64,000 nt of DNA from a bacterium (lineage in GTDB: Bacteria; UBA8248), in contig OZ241875.1 in assembly GCA_965203325.1 (NCBI GenBank), positions 704,001 through 768,000 on the forward strand, written 5' to 3'. Shown piece after piece: positions 28,539-39,130 of this stretch. Numbering within the stretch: position 1 is the stretch's first letter; every line of letters starts with the position of its first letter. The notes under the pieces are model-generated. The model saw only the letters and a program-made list of their open reading frames with translations, ran no database searches and was not told the DNA's origin. A program made the position numbers and the translations under genes.

Positions 28539-31376
28539 ATGGTCGCGTCGATCGGAGCCGTAGTCTCCCCCGCGCAGTGCGCGTCCTACTTCGAGCGCGA
28601 CGATTACTACGCGAAGGACGACCCGAACCACCGGTCGGCGAGCGCCTGGCGCGGCAGGGGCGCCGAGGACCTGGGATTATCGGGTCCGGTCGACCCCGAT
28701 ACCCTCCGCGCGGTGCTCGAAGGCCATGTGCCGGACGGTTCGGGTCGCAGGCTCGGGCGCCCGGGCAAGGACGGGTCGTTCCATCACCGCCCGGGACGCG
28801 ACCTCACCCTCTCGGCGCCCAAGTCCGTCTCCCTGCTCGCCTACGTCGGCGGCGATGCGCGCGCGATCTGGGCCCACGAGGTGGCCGTGGCGCGCACCCT
28901 GGCCTGGGTCGAGCGAAACGTCGCCGAGACCAGGATGAGCGACCCTGCGACCGGACAGATAGTCCGTGCGGGGGACCAGAAGAGCGTGGTCGCGACCTTC
29001 CGGCACGACACCTCGCGCAACCTCGACCCCCTGCTCCACACGCACGCCGTGATCGCCAACATGGTGCGTGGCGCGGACAGCAAGTGGCGCACGATGTCCA
29101 ACGAGAAGCTCTATGCGAACAAGATGCTGATCGGCGCCATGTACCGGACCGAACTCGCCCGTGGCCTCGAAGGGTTCGGCTACCGGGTCGAGAAGACCCA
29201 CGCCGACGGGCGCTTCGAGATCGCGGGCGTGCCCAGGGAGGTGATCGAGGCGTTCTCGAGCAGGCGCGCCGAGATCGAGAAGGCGATGGAAGAGCGGGGC
29301 CTTGGCACGACGGCTGAGAACCAGCGCGCGGCCCAGCGGGTCACGCTCATGACGCGGGACCCCAAGCGGGAGGCCGACAAGGGGACCCTCATGGCCGTAT
29401 GGGAGAAGCAGGCCGCTGATCTCGGCTTCGACGCCGCCGGCCTCAAGGACCGGGCGAAGGCGAGGAGCGCCGTATCCCGCGACGCCGGCCGAAGTGCTGC
29501 TGTCGTCGAACCCGCCCCCGAGGCCGTGGAATGGGCCGTGGCGCACCTCGCGGAGCGAGAGGCCGTCTTCGACCGCTCCGCCCTGCTCGCGGGCGCGCTC
29601 GCCTGGCGGCCTGGCGCGGTGTCGATGGCGGGTGCGGAGCGCGAGGTGGCGAGACTCGAAAAAACCGGCGTCCTGCACGCGGCGGATTTGCCGGGAAACA
29701 GGGACATGCTCACGACGGAGAAGGCCGCGGCGGCGGAGCGCGAGACCATCGCCCTGGTGGAGGCAGGACGCGGGCGGGGCGCGCCCGCCATGCGGGGCTG
29801 GATGGTGAGCGCGCACCTGCGCAAGGGACCGCTGACGCATGGCCAAAGGGAGGCGGTCAAGCTGATCCTCTCGGAAAAGGACCGCGTGGTGGGGGTGCAG
29901 GGCTACGCCGGCACCGGCAAGACGAAGATGTTGAAGCGCGCCCGCGCGCTTTTTGAAAAACGCGGCTACGAGGTCCGGGGCCTGGCGCCCTCGGCCTCGG
30001 CCGCGCGGACCCTGGAAGCGGAGGCCGGGATCGAGAGCGAGACGCTCCAGCGCTTCCTCACGCGATACGCGGACGTCGCACAGGGCCGCCTCAAGAGAAG
30101 CGCCCAAAAACACTTGCGCGCGGGCTACGCGAAGACCGCCCTCGTCGTGGACGAGGGTTCCCTGGCTTCCACGCGCGAGATGCGCGAACTGCTCCGCATC
30201 TCGGAGGTCCTGCGCCTGCCGCGGGTCGTTCTCGTGGGCGACGCGAAACAGCTGGACGCCGTCGACGCCGGGAAACCCTTCGCGCAGTTGCAGGCCGCGG
30301 GCATGAAGACGGCCGTGATGGAAGAGATCATGCGCCAGCGCGACCAGGACCTGAAGGCCGCCGTCGAGTCCACGCTCGCGGGCGACGTGAAAAGCGCCTT
30401 CGAGAAGCTGGGCTCGAACGTGGCCGAGGTCAAGCCCGACAACCTCGCGGGCGCCGCCGCCGCGCGCTGGCTGGCGTTATCGCCCGAGGCGCGCGCAAAC
30501 GCCGGGCTCATGGCGCCGAGCCACGCGCTCCGCGAGAAGATCAACGCCATCGTCAGAGAGCGCCTGGTCCGGGAGGGCGTCGTCTGCGGCCCGGCCTTCC
30601 TCACGAATCGCCTCGTCTCGCGCGGCTACACGAACCCCGAGAAATCGCTCGCCGCGAACTATTCACCCGGCGACGTCGTCGCCTTCCACCGCCCCTACAA
30701 GCGCCTCGGCGTCGAGAAGGGGGACGAGCTTCGCGTGACGGGCGTCGACCATGAAGGCCGCGCGGTCATCCTGCAAGGGAAGGACGGAGGGCAAGTCCGC
30801 TGGGAGCCCCGCCGCATCGCGGCGCGAAGCGGCGGCGTCGAGGTCTACAAGGTCGAGCGGATGGAGTTGCGCATCGGCGACAAGGTCCGCTGGACCCGGA
30901 ACGACAAGGACCTCGGTCTCATGAACAGCCAGGCCGCCGAGGTGACGGACGTCAGGGGCGGGCGCGTCACCTTCCGCATCGAGGACGGGCGCGTCCTCGA
31001 CATGACGAGCGCCGATTCCCAGCTTCGCCACGTGGACCGCGCCTGGGCCTCGACCGTCCACGCCTTCCAGGGCCGGACGGTCGACACCGTCATCGCCGCC
31101 ATGGAGGCCAACCACCCCGAGCTCACCAACCAGAAGACACTCTACGTCGAGATCAGCCGCGCCCGGGACCGGGCGGAACTCGTGACCGACGACGCAAGAG
31201 CGCTGCGCGAGCGGCTCGAAGCCGCGACGGGGGAGCGCATCGCGGCGCTCGAGGCGATAGGAGCGGGCAAGGCGGAGAGCATCGGGGCGGAGAGGTCGAA
31301 CGAGGCGACCCAGGCAATGGAGAGGCAGACGCCGGCGATGGAGAAGACACGCTCGGATCGGGGGTTGGAGCTATAG
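28539..31376 (+). CDS. MOBF conjugative relaxase-helicase (TrwC/TraI-like)
   Basis: ASYFERDDYY tyrosines, DLTLSAPKSVS, HDTSRNLDPLLHTHAV (HUH), Walker A GYAGTGKT, VVDEGS, TVHAFQGRT, YVEISRAR. Confidence 0.95.
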   Translation: MVASIGAVVSPAQCASYFERDDYYAKDDPNHRSASAWRGRGAEDLGLSGPVDPDTLRAVLEGHVPDGSGRRLGRPGKDGSFHHRPGRDLTLSAPKSVSLLAYVGGDARAIWAHEVAVARTLAWVERNVAETRMSDPATGQIVRAGDQKSVVATFRHDTSRNLDPLLHTHAVIANMVRGADSKWRTMSNEKLYANKMLIGAMYRTELARGLEGFGYRVEKTHADGRFEIAGVPREVIEAFSSRRAEIEKAMEERGLGTTAENQRAAQRVTLMTRDPKREADKGTLMAVWEKQAADLGFDAAGLKDRAKARSAVSRDAGRSAAVVEPAPEAVEWAVAHLAEREAVFDRSALLAGALAWRPGAVSMAGAEREVARLEKTGVLHAADLPGNRDMLTTEKAAAAERETIALVEAGRGRGAPAMRGWMVSAHLRKGPLTHGQREAVKLILSEKDRVVGVQGYAGTGKTKMLKRARALFEKRGYEVRGLAPSASAARTLEAEAGIESETLQRFLTRYADVAQGRLKRSAQKHLRAGYAKTALVVDEGSLASTREMRELLRISEVLRLPRVVLVGDAKQLDAVDAGKPFAQLQAAGMKTAVMEEIMRQRDQDLKAAVESTLAGDVKSAFEKLGSNVAEVKPDNLAGAAAARWLALSPEARANAGLMAPSHALREKINAIVRERLVREGVVCGPAFLTNRLVSRGYTNPEKSLAANYSPGDVVAFHRPYKRLGVEKGDELRVTGVDHEGRAVILQGKDGGQVRWEPRRIAARSGGVEVYKVERMELRIGDKVRWTRNDKDLGLMNSQAAEVTDVRGGRVTFRIEDGRVLDMTSADSQLRHVDRAWASTVHAFQGRTVDTVIAAMEANHPELTNQKTLYVEISRARDRAELVTDDARALRERLEAATGERIAALEAIGAGKAESIGAERSNEATQAMERQTPAMEKTRSDRGLEL

Positions 31377-31591
31377 GCCGATTCCCCGGGAGTGGCGCCC
31401 GGCGCCCTTCCCGACTGGAAAAGCACCCCCCCCTGAAAACGGGGCCCAAGGGGGGCAACAGCGCCGATGGGGTGCAATTCTTCGTGAAAGCGGAATTTCC
31501 GTGTGATAAGTTTCGACTCGTGGTGATGGTTGGAACCGCCTGACCGCCATGATGAATCCCATGCTTCACCGGGCGGACGAGGAGAGGACCC

Positions 31592-32224
31592 GTGGGGAAA
31601 ATGCCGAAGTACGAGATGGACGAGGTTCTGACGAAAATCATGAGCCAGTTCCGGCGTCACGGCTATTCGGCGACGACGATTCGGGATCTCGAGGAGGCGA
31701 CGGGTCTCTTTCGAGGCAGTTTGTATCACGCGTTCGGCGACAAGCGTGAGATGTTCTTCCGGGCGCTCCGCCATTATGGCCGCATTCATCGCGCGGAGCC
31801 GATCGCGGAACTCGAAAAGGGCGACTCGCCGCGCGGAGCGGTGCTGGCCGTTTTCGGCGCTGCCGCCTCCGCCGCGCCGGGAGGTGGTTCGCGAGAGGGC
31901 TGTCTCGAAGTCAACGCCGCCCTGGAGCTCGGGGCGCACGATGAGGAGGTGGCTTCCCTGGTTGCCGACGCCTTCGCCGGCATGGCGGAGTTCTTTTGCG
32001 CTTCCATCGAGCGGGGCCAGGCTTGCGGGGAGATTTCCCCCGAAGTCGATCCGGAGCAGACGGCGAAGTCTCTGCTCGGTCTGCTTCTCGGCCTCAGGGT
32101 GCTGGCGTGCGTTTCTCCCGATGAGAGCTTTCCGGAATCCGTCGTGGGGCAGGCCGAGGCCCTGTTGCCTTCGCCTGCCCGGGATTCGGAAAAGCGTTCC
32201 TCAACAAACCCGTCAGCGCCGTAA
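31592..32224 (+). CDS. TetR/AcrR family regulator
   Basis: FRRHGYSATTIRDLEEATGLFRGSLYHAFGDK HTH; GCL motif. Confidence 0.92.
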   Translation: MGKMPKYEMDEVLTKIMSQFRRHGYSATTIRDLEEATGLFRGSLYHAFGDKREMFFRALRHYGRIHRAEPIAELEKGDSPRGAVLAVFGAAASAAPGGGSREGCLEVNAALELGAHDEEVASLVADAFAGMAEFFCASIERGQACGEISPEVDPEQTAKSLLGLLLGLRVLACVSPDESFPESVVGQAEALLPSPARDSEKRSSTNPSAP

Positions 32225-32433
32225 CGAAGGATGGGGCCCGGGACAGGCCCCTTCGATACGCGGCTTCGACGCTGCTCGGGCCGAGGCGGAGCGGTCCTCT
32301 CCGGGTTCCGCCCGCGAATCCACCGGTCGTCATGAAGGCCGTGTCCTGGTTTTTCCCGCCGTCTTGCGGCGCGGGGCCTTGCGCCGATGCGGACGTTGCC
32401 GGCCCGGTTCTTCCCGACCCCGGAACCGGCGAA

Positions 32434-32745
32434 TCAATGGAAATTCACCCCGGCCCCGTTCACCGCATCCCTGAAGTTTTGTCCCGCCTTGAACCTCACG
32501 ACCCTGCGGGCGCTGATGGGCGCTTCCAGGCCCGTCTTCGGGTTGCGCCCCATCCGGGCGTTCTTCTCCCTCACACTGAAGGAGCCGAAGCGCCTCAACG
32601 TGACGGACTCGCCCCTCGCGAGGGATTCCCTGACGGCGTCGATGATGGCATCGACGGCTTCTTCGGCCTTGATCTTGCCGAGGCCCGTGTCGCCGGACAC
32701 GAGGCTGATGATGTCGATCTTCCGCAAAGGACTCCTCCCGCGCAC
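32434..32745 (-). CDS. HU/IHF family DNA-bending protein
   Basis: GESVTLRRFGSF..ARMGRNPKTG..ISARRVVRFKAG. Confidence 0.92.
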   Translation of the reverse strand: MRGRSPLRKIDIISLVSGDTGLGKIKAEEAVDAIIDAVRESLARGESVTLRRFGSFSVREKNARMGRNPKTGLEAPISARRVVRFKAGQNFRDAVNGAGVNFH

Positions 32746-32876
32746 CTTCCGGGTGAAAATATGAGATGAACGATTCGGATAATCCGTTGGATGGAATGAA
32801 ATTTATGGGCATTATATACAATAGTGCCGAAACTTTATTTCAAGGTTTTTCTATATAATTAAATCAATCGATTTTA

Positions 32877-33326
32877 CTATGGCAATTCCTTCTCTTCTTC
32901 TTCCTGTTGTTTTTGTTTCTTTGCGGTTTGTTCCGCTTCCACTTTTGCGCGTGAACGTTCTTCTCTAATCGTTTCGGTAAGTTCGTAACACTCTTTCCTG
33001 ATAGCGGTTTTTTCTATTGCTTCAACCTCTCCCCGTAACCTCGCCAATTCCGGAGACCTGTCTGTTCCACTAACAAAGAAAAGCGCCGGCCAAAACAGAA
33101 TCAAGCCGACTGCCATTGCACCAGTACTTTGTTCCGATTCGGCCCTTTGGAATTTTGTTACCTCAATGGCCCTGTAGTTTACTCTTCTATATTCTTCAAG
33201 TAGTTGAGAACATTTCAAGGACCGGTATTGCAAGGGAGATACATAAGCAGCCGAAATACCATCGGGGGAAGGAACACAACCGAATGTCAGGAATGCAGAA
33301 AGGATCAAGCTCATTACTTTTTTCAT
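32877..33326 (-). CDS. Hypothetical lipoprotein
   Basis: MKK-hydrophobic-TFGC lipobox; AAYVSPLQY..C; GLILFWPALFF segment. Confidence 0.75.
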   Translation of the reverse strand: MKKVMSLILSAFLTFGCVPSPDGISAAYVSPLQYRSLKCSQLLEEYRRVNYRAIEVTKFQRAESEQSTGAMAVGLILFWPALFFVSGTDRSPELARLRGEVEAIEKTAIRKECYELTETIREERSRAKVEAEQTAKKQKQQEEEEKELP

Positions 33327-33553
33327 TGCAATTCCTTATTTAAACCCCAAAAAGATTTTTGGACACATAGGCGGTTGTGGCCTGGGTAGTCTGTTGCTTG
33401 ATTTTTTCCAGAAAGGTTTTGCAGGATGAGAATAATATTTATTTTGAAATATTTGTCAAATATTATGGAAACGAAATAGTTTCAGGCACTCCCGAATTTA
33501 TCACCGGCTCCGGGCGCGGGCAAACACCTGGCCGGCGCGCGCCTGCTGTGACC

Positions 33554-34729
33554 CTACAGCATGTCTTCGGCGATGCTCTCGGCGACCCGCTCGGCCGCCT
33601 CCTGCGCCGAGTCGCGCGCGAGGTGCGCGTAGCGCGCCGTCGTCTCCATCTTGCTGTGGCCCAGGAGCTTCCCGATCACGGGCAGCGCCTCGCCGAGCGC
33701 AAGCGCCCGCGAGGCCCAGGAGTGGCGCAGGTCATGGAGGCGCACGCCTTCGAGACCCGCGCGCTCCCTTATCGTTCGCCAGGCCTCGTCGATGTTCCTC
33801 AAGGGCGTCCCGGGCTTCCTGCCCGGTATGACCCAGGGGCCGTCGTGGGCGCCGAGGAGACCCGCGAGGAGCTCGACCGCCTGGGGCGGCAGCGGGACCG
33901 CCCGCGCGCCCGTCTTGGAATCGGGCAGCCTGAGCTCTCCCGCTTCGAGCGCCACGTCCTCCCGGCGCAGCCCGAGCACCTCGCTCCTGCGGCACCCGGT
34001 AAGCGCGAGAAGGCGGATCGCCGCCACAGTGGAAGCGGAGGCGCCGCTCCGGGCCTCCGCCTCATCAAGCGCTTCTCCCAGGCGGGTGAACTCCGAATCC
34101 GTCAGGAACCGCTCGCGCCTGCGCTCGGGGTATTTCACGAGAGCCTTGCAGGGGTTTGATAATCCCTCGGGGACCATTCCCCAGCCCGCGGCCAGGCGGT
34201 ACATCGAGGAGAGGATGCGGAGCGCCGTGTTCGCCACCGCTGGCGTCTCGTAGAGGCTCTCGTGGAACTCCGCCACCTGCGCGCGCGAGAGCGCAGCGAT
34301 CGGCAGCTTGCCCAGGGCGGGCAGGACGTGGCGGTCGATCACCGAGCGATAGAGCGCGGCGGTGCCCGGCTTGCACCGCACCGAGACGTATTCGGAGAGG
34401 TAGCGCGCGCAAAGTTCGGCCACCGTGGGGCCTCCCGCCGGCTTCATCGGTTCGGGCACCGCCTCCTCGCCCGCCTTGACCCTCGCGATGATGTGGGCGG
34501 CGCGCTTTCTGGCCTCATCGGCGTTGATCACCCCGTGGCGGCCCACGGCCACGCGTTTGGGACCCTCGGGCCCCCGCGCCTGGGCGACGTAGACCTTGCT
34601 CCCGGTGGGATAGACCCTCACGCCGAAACCCGTGAGCTCCCCGTCCCAGAAGACGGTGTCCTTCTCGACTGTGAGTTTCCCGACCGCGCGGTTCGACAGC
34701 GTTTTGATTTTGGGCTGCGTCATCTTCAC
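33554..34729 (-). CDS. Tyrosine integrase with N-terminal arm-binding (DUF4102-type) domain
   Basis: WDGELTGFGVRV; TGCRRSE, SKTG, HDLRHSWAS, LLGH..TTARY. Confidence 0.93.
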   Translation of the reverse strand: MKMTQPKIKTLSNRAVGKLTVEKDTVFWDGELTGFGVRVYPTGSKVYVAQARGPEGPKRVAVGRHGVINADEARKRAAHIIARVKAGEEAVPEPMKPAGGPTVAELCARYLSEYVSVRCKPGTAALYRSVIDRHVLPALGKLPIAALSRAQVAEFHESLYETPAVANTALRILSSMYRLAAGWGMVPEGLSNPCKALVKYPERRRERFLTDSEFTRLGEALDEAEARSGASASTVAAIRLLALTGCRRSEVLGLRREDVALEAGELRLPDSKTGARAVPLPPQAVELLAGLLGAHDGPWVIPGRKPGTPLRNIDEAWRTIRERAGLEGVRLHDLRHSWASRALALGEALPVIGKLLGHSKMETTARYAHLARDSAQEAAERVAESIAEDML

Positions 34730-34730
34730 T

Positions 34731-35906
34731 CTACCTCCCTCGGCTCGTGACGTGGGCGCCGATGCTCCCGCCCACCCGCACCGCCGCCTCCCTCTCGGCC
34801 TCGCGCATCAGGTGCGCGTAGCGCGCGCTCGTCGCCACGCTCGTGTGCCCGAGGAGTTTCCCGATCGTGTAGAGGCTCTCGCCCAGCGCCAGCGCCCTCG
34901 ACGCATAGGAATGCCTGAGGTCATGGATGCGGACATCATGAAGCCCCGCCCGCGCCCGGACGGACCGCCAGTAGTATTGCAGGCCCGTGAGGCGCCTCCC
35001 CGGCCTTTGGCCCGCGATCACCCAGGGAACCTCCGGCTGATGGGGAACCCCGTCCAGCACCCTGAGCACGGGCTTCGTCAGGGGCACCATCCGGGGACCC
35101 GCCTTGGCGTCCTGAAGCCTCAAATCCCCCGCCGTGCGGTCCACGTCGTCCCAGCGCAAGTTCAGTATCTCGCCCCTGCGGCATCCGGTAAGTACGAGCA
35201 GCCGGATGGCCGCTATAGCGGGCGGCCATATCCCGCCCTCCGCCTCGGTTTGCCTGAGCGCAAGGCCCAGCCTCCGGTATTCCTCAGGCGTCAGGAACCG
35301 CTCGCGCGCCTGCGTCCTGTAGCGGCGCACGGCGAGGCAGGGGTTCCGCCCGGGCGGTACCAGCTCCCACGCTTCGGCAAGTACGAACATGCGCGAGAGC
35401 AGATGGACCGCCTGGTTCGCCAGGACCGGCGTATCGCGAAGGCCGTGATGGAGCGCCGTGACTTCCGCCCCGCCGATCTCGTCCATGCCCATCCCGCCCA
35501 GGACCGGCAGGATGTGTTTGTCGAGCACGGTGCGGTACGCGGCAATCGTGGCGGGCTTCAGGTGTTTCTCCACGTGGGTGCGCATGAAGCGTTCGGCGAG
35601 TACCGCCACGGTGGTCTCCGCCTCGGGCGCCGCGGCGCTGAAATCCTCGCCGCGCTTGATGCGGTCGATAATGAGGGCGGCCTGTTTCCTGGCCTCATCG
35701 ACGGGCAGCTCCCCGTGACGGCCGAGCGTCACGCGCTTCGGCCCCCAGGGTCCCCGGGACTGCACCACCCAGGTCTTCCTGCCCGTGGCGTGGACGCGCA
35801 CCCCGAAGCCCGCCAGCTCCCGGTCCCAGAAGATCGCGTCCTTCCCGTCGGCCTCGAGCGCGTCGACGGTGCGCTTGGTGAGTTTCAGATCGCTTCGCTT
35901 CGGCAT
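34731..35906 (-). CDS. Tyrosine integrase with N-terminal arm-binding domain (paralogue)
   Basis: WDRELAGFGVRV; TGCRRGE, AKAG, HDLRHSYAS, LLGH..TSARY. Start placed at MPKRSDLK after a GGAGG RBS. Confidence 0.93.
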   Translation of the reverse strand: MPKRSDLKLTKRTVDALEADGKDAIFWDRELAGFGVRVHATGRKTWVVQSRGPWGPKRVTLGRHGELPVDEARKQAALIIDRIKRGEDFSAAAPEAETTVAVLAERFMRTHVEKHLKPATIAAYRTVLDKHILPVLGGMGMDEIGGAEVTALHHGLRDTPVLANQAVHLLSRMFVLAEAWELVPPGRNPCLAVRRYRTQARERFLTPEEYRRLGLALRQTEAEGGIWPPAIAAIRLLVLTGCRRGEILNLRWDDVDRTAGDLRLQDAKAGPRMVPLTKPVLRVLDGVPHQPEVPWVIAGQRPGRRLTGLQYYWRSVRARAGLHDVRIHDLRHSYASRALALGESLYTIGKLLGHTSVATSARYAHLMREAEREAAVRVGGSIGAHVTSRGR

Positions 35907-36099
35907 CCCGCCTCCTGAATCTGTAATCAAATCGCATACGTGCGGCATCAAACTGGGGGGTATTCAAGCATATGTATGACGAAAATGCAAGGGGTAGCTG
36001 GGTACGGAATAACAGAAATATGGTATTATAAACAATCGGTTATCGTAGACATACGTAGTCAATCATACTATCGCGCCGACACCGGGTTCATGACAATGA

Positions 36100-36297
36100 T
36101 TAATCGTATTTTACGGGAAATTGGATTATTTCCATTTCTCCACCTGCTCCCGCGTCCATGAGCGCCGCGGCCCGGGCCGGGTGAAGACCGCGGGGCGACG
36201 CCTCCGCCCTCGCCCGGAACAGGGCCCTGGCGAACGGCATCACGCGGTGAAGAACGCGGACAGACGCCCTTATCCTCTCTCGAATGCCCGGTTCCAT
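36100..36297 (-). pseudogene. Short ORF possibly truncated at the island junction
   Basis: Strong GAGGAGG RBS before MEPGIRER; the GC-rich body switches abruptly to AT-rich DNA about 12 codons before the stop. Confidence 0.3.
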
Positions 36298-36454
36298 GAG
36301 AAAACCTCCTCTCGCCTCCGCCTCGGCCCGCAAGCGGGAGAGCTTTCCCCCGCGCGGCGCGCACGATACACCGCTTCGGGGTTCGGGGGAGGACCGCAAA
36401 TGCGCGCAAATGCGCGAACGCCCGGCCCGCTCGTCCTCCCCCAGCCTTGAAAAC

Positions 36455-36607
36455 CAACCCCCCCCTACCCCCCCTTGTCAGGGGGGCAAGAAAAAGCAAA
36501 ACCCCCTCAACCCTGCGAAGGCGCATCGCCTTTTTATACCCCCCTGACAAGGGGGGGTAGGGGGGGTTGCCTTTATCCCCTGACAAAGAGGACTTTTCAA
36601 CAACCCC
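36455..36607. repeat. Palindromic REP/MITE-like repeat, copy 1
   Basis: CCCCCTACCCCCCCTTGTCAGGGGGG..CCCCCTGACAAGGGGGGGTAGGGGGG, ending CTTTTCAACAACCCC. Confidence 0.85.
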
Positions 36608-36726
36608 TCATCAGGGGCGCTTTCAGCGCTCCCCTGCGGCGGGGGGTTTTTCGTCCGCCTTTTTGCCCTTTCATCCCGGATTCGTTAAGCTGGATGTTCA
36701 CTATCCATCATTGAGGAGAGAATCCG

Positions 36727-38319
36727 ATGGCGCAATTCGACGGAATCGTGATCGGTGCGGGGCATAACGGCCTGGTGTGCGCGGCGTATCTCGCCCGGGC
36801 GGGGCTGAAAGTCGCCGTTCTGGATTGTGAACCCGAAATCGGCGGCGGCTCGAGCACCCAAGAATTCCTGCTGCCCGGCTACCAATCCAACATGCACGCG
36901 AATTTCTTCATCGGTCTGGACGATTTTCCAATCGTCAAGGACCTGGAACTCGACAAACACGGGTTCAAGTGGCTTACGCCCGACGTGCAGCACGCCGCAC
37001 TGTATCGCGACGGCACGGCGGTTCTGCTTCACCGCGACGCTGAGAAAAGCGCGGCGTCCATCTCAAGATTCTCTCAAAAAGACGCGGAATCTTACGTCTA
37101 CCTCCACCGGCGATTCGCCGTGGAACACGCCCCGCTCCTGCGCAGTTTCCTGTTTCACCCACCGCTACCACCGGAGGAAATCGTCTCCCGGATGGACAGC
37201 GATGCGGGACGCGAGATTCTGAGCTTTGCGAAAATGTCGATTTTCGAGGCCATCGAATCGAATTTCGAGCATCCCAAAATGCGGGCCTTGTTCTTCTTGT
37301 TCTCTCACGCCATTACGGTCGAGAACGCGCCGGGCACGGGTATCTTCCTCCCGAGCCTGTTTTCCACCCACACGACGCTCGGCCTCCCGGTGGGGGGCGC
37401 CATCCAACTGCCTCTGGCGCTCGAGCGCATCGTCATCAACAACGGAGGCGTCGTCCTGAGAAACAGCCACGTGCGTGAGGTGATTCGGGAAAACGGTCGC
37501 GCGACGGGCGTGATGCTCGAAGGCGGCGAGAAGATGATGGCGACGCAATTCGTCGCATCGAGCCTCAATGCGCCGGCTTCCATCAAAATGGCGGGAGAGG
37601 ACGCGTTTCCCGATGAGGTCAACGAGAAGGTGCGGAACTGGGACTGGGGTTTCCACTCCCTGAGTACGCTGCATCTCGCACTCGCCGAACCCCCGCGATA
37701 TGCCGCGGAGGATTTCGACCCGGACGTGGGCCAGGCGTACAACATCATCTTCGGCGCCGATTCCGGCGAGGAGATGGCCGAAAACACCGAAGAACGCAGA
37801 AACGGCCTCATCCCGTCGCGCCCGATGGGCAACGGCTCATGCAACAGCCAGCACGACCCCTCCTATGCGCCAGACGACGGCCACGTCGCCTTCTGGTGGC
37901 CCGGCGCGCCCTATGAACTCAAGGACGGCGGCCCCCGGAAGTGGGATGAAGTAAAAGAGGAATACACAGAACGCCTCGTGGACGTGTGGCGGGGCTACGC
38001 TCCGAACCTCACGCCGGACAACGTCCGCGCGGCGAAGCTCTACACCCCGCTCGACGTGGAGCGCGGGAACAAGAACATGATACGCGGCGGCGTGCGCATG
38101 GGGGCGTACATTCCCGAGCAACTGGGGGTCAACAGGCCCCATCCCCTGCTCTCCGGCATGCGGACGCCTCTGGAGGGCTTCTATCTGTGCAGTTCGAGCT
38201 GCCAGGGAGGCGGTCTGAACGGGGCGCCCGGCTATAACGCGGCCGGCGTGATCGCTGAGGATTTGGGCGTCGAGAAATGGTGGGAGCCGCTTCCTGCGCC
38301 CGCGGCGCCCGCCGGCTAA
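36727..38319 (+). CDS. Phytoene desaturase-like FAD-dependent oxidoreductase
   Basis: VIGAGHNGLVCAAYLARAG; RTPLEGFYLC..GGG..GAPGYNAA. Confidence 0.9.
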   Translation: MAQFDGIVIGAGHNGLVCAAYLARAGLKVAVLDCEPEIGGGSSTQEFLLPGYQSNMHANFFIGLDDFPIVKDLELDKHGFKWLTPDVQHAALYRDGTAVLLHRDAEKSAASISRFSQKDAESYVYLHRRFAVEHAPLLRSFLFHPPLPPEEIVSRMDSDAGREILSFAKMSIFEAIESNFEHPKMRALFFLFSHAITVENAPGTGIFLPSLFSTHTTLGLPVGGAIQLPLALERIVINNGGVVLRNSHVREVIRENGRATGVMLEGGEKMMATQFVASSLNAPASIKMAGEDAFPDEVNEKVRNWDWGFHSLSTLHLALAEPPRYAAEDFDPDVGQAYNIIFGADSGEEMAENTEERRNGLIPSRPMGNGSCNSQHDPSYAPDDGHVAFWWPGAPYELKDGGPRKWDEVKEEYTERLVDVWRGYAPNLTPDNVRAAKLYTPLDVERGNKNMIRGGVRMGAYIPEQLGVNRPHPLLSGMRTPLEGFYLCSSSCQGGGLNGAPGYNAAGVIAEDLGVEKWWEPLPAPAAPAG

Positions 38320-38717
38320 GTCTCCGCGCCGGGGATCATCACCACCGCCTCGATTTCCACGATGTCGTCCTGGTTCAGCCTGCTCACCTCCACGATGGTG
38401 CGCGTGGGCAGGTTCGGCCCGAAGTATTCCTCATACAGCCGGTTGATGACCGGGCGGTCGGCATCCATATCCCTCACGTAGACGACGGTGGATAAGAAGG
38501 TGGCGAGCGACCCGCCGCCCGCCTCCGCAATGGCTTTCAGGTTCTCGAAAGTTCTTCTGGCGCGCGCCTCGATGGTTCGCTCGACGAGTTCCCCCGAATC
38601 GGGGTCGATGCCGCGCTGGCCGGCGATGAACAACAGGTTCCCCACGCGGCGCGCCTGGACGAAGGGCCCGGTGGGCGACGGCGCCTGGTCTGTCTGGATG
38701 GTTTGAGGCGACTCCAA
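38316..38717 (-). CDS. RidA/YjgF family protein
   Basis: AP..GPFVQA..LFIAGQ..PTRTIVEV..VEIEAV; TTG start inferred. Confidence 0.9.
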   Translation of the reverse strand: MESPQTIQTDQAPSPTGPFVQARRVGNLLFIAGQRGIDPDSGELVERTIEARARRTFENLKAIAEAGGGSLATFLSTVVYVRDMDADRPVINRLYEEYFGPNLPTRTIVEVSRLNQDDIVEIEAVVMIPGAET

Positions 38718-38785
38718 GGCGTCCCCCCGGTTGGACAGCAGGGAAAAGGCTGCCCGAGCGGATTTCCTGCCGCGCGGCGCCGCTA

Positions 38786-39007
38786 TTATTTCTTGCCTTT
38801 CGGCAACTCCGCCGGAAAAGCGATTTTGAGCCATTGCTGCGTCAGAATGGTCGCGGCGTTCTCGTCTTTTCCGGGAATGAACGCGATGGGTTCCTTGGGC
38901 TGAACGCCCTCCTGATCGAGCATATAGACGTCCACGCCGAACCCGTACAGGTCATGATCGCGGGTTTCGAGGTTGTATTTCACCCCATTGTTCGTCAGTT
39001 GATTCAT
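38786..39007 (-). CDS. Hypothetical protein (73 aa)
   Basis: AAGGA RBS, plausible codon usage. Confidence 0.6.
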   Translation of the reverse strand: MNQLTNNGVKYNLETRDHDLYGFGVDVYMLDQEGVQPKEPIAFIPGKDENAATILTQQWLKIAFPAELPKGKK

Positions 39008-39130
39008 CCGGGATTATCCTTTCAAGCTCACTGGCGAAAACTCGACGATGAAAATTTCAACTCCCGCTATCATAGCCGATGGCTTGAGCCCCCGTAAAGT
39101 TTGGAGGCGGCCTCAAACGCATCTGTTCTC

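Larger units (their letters stand above)
1..36140. mobile_element. Integrative mobilisable element / genomic island (left end outside window; right end approximate)
   Basis: Tandem tyrosine integrases at the right end, MOBF relaxase, F-like nic site, ssb and defence cargo of lower GC. Housekeeping genes resume after ~36.4 kb. No att repeat identified; no T4SS or coupling protein in the window. Confidence 0.8.
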
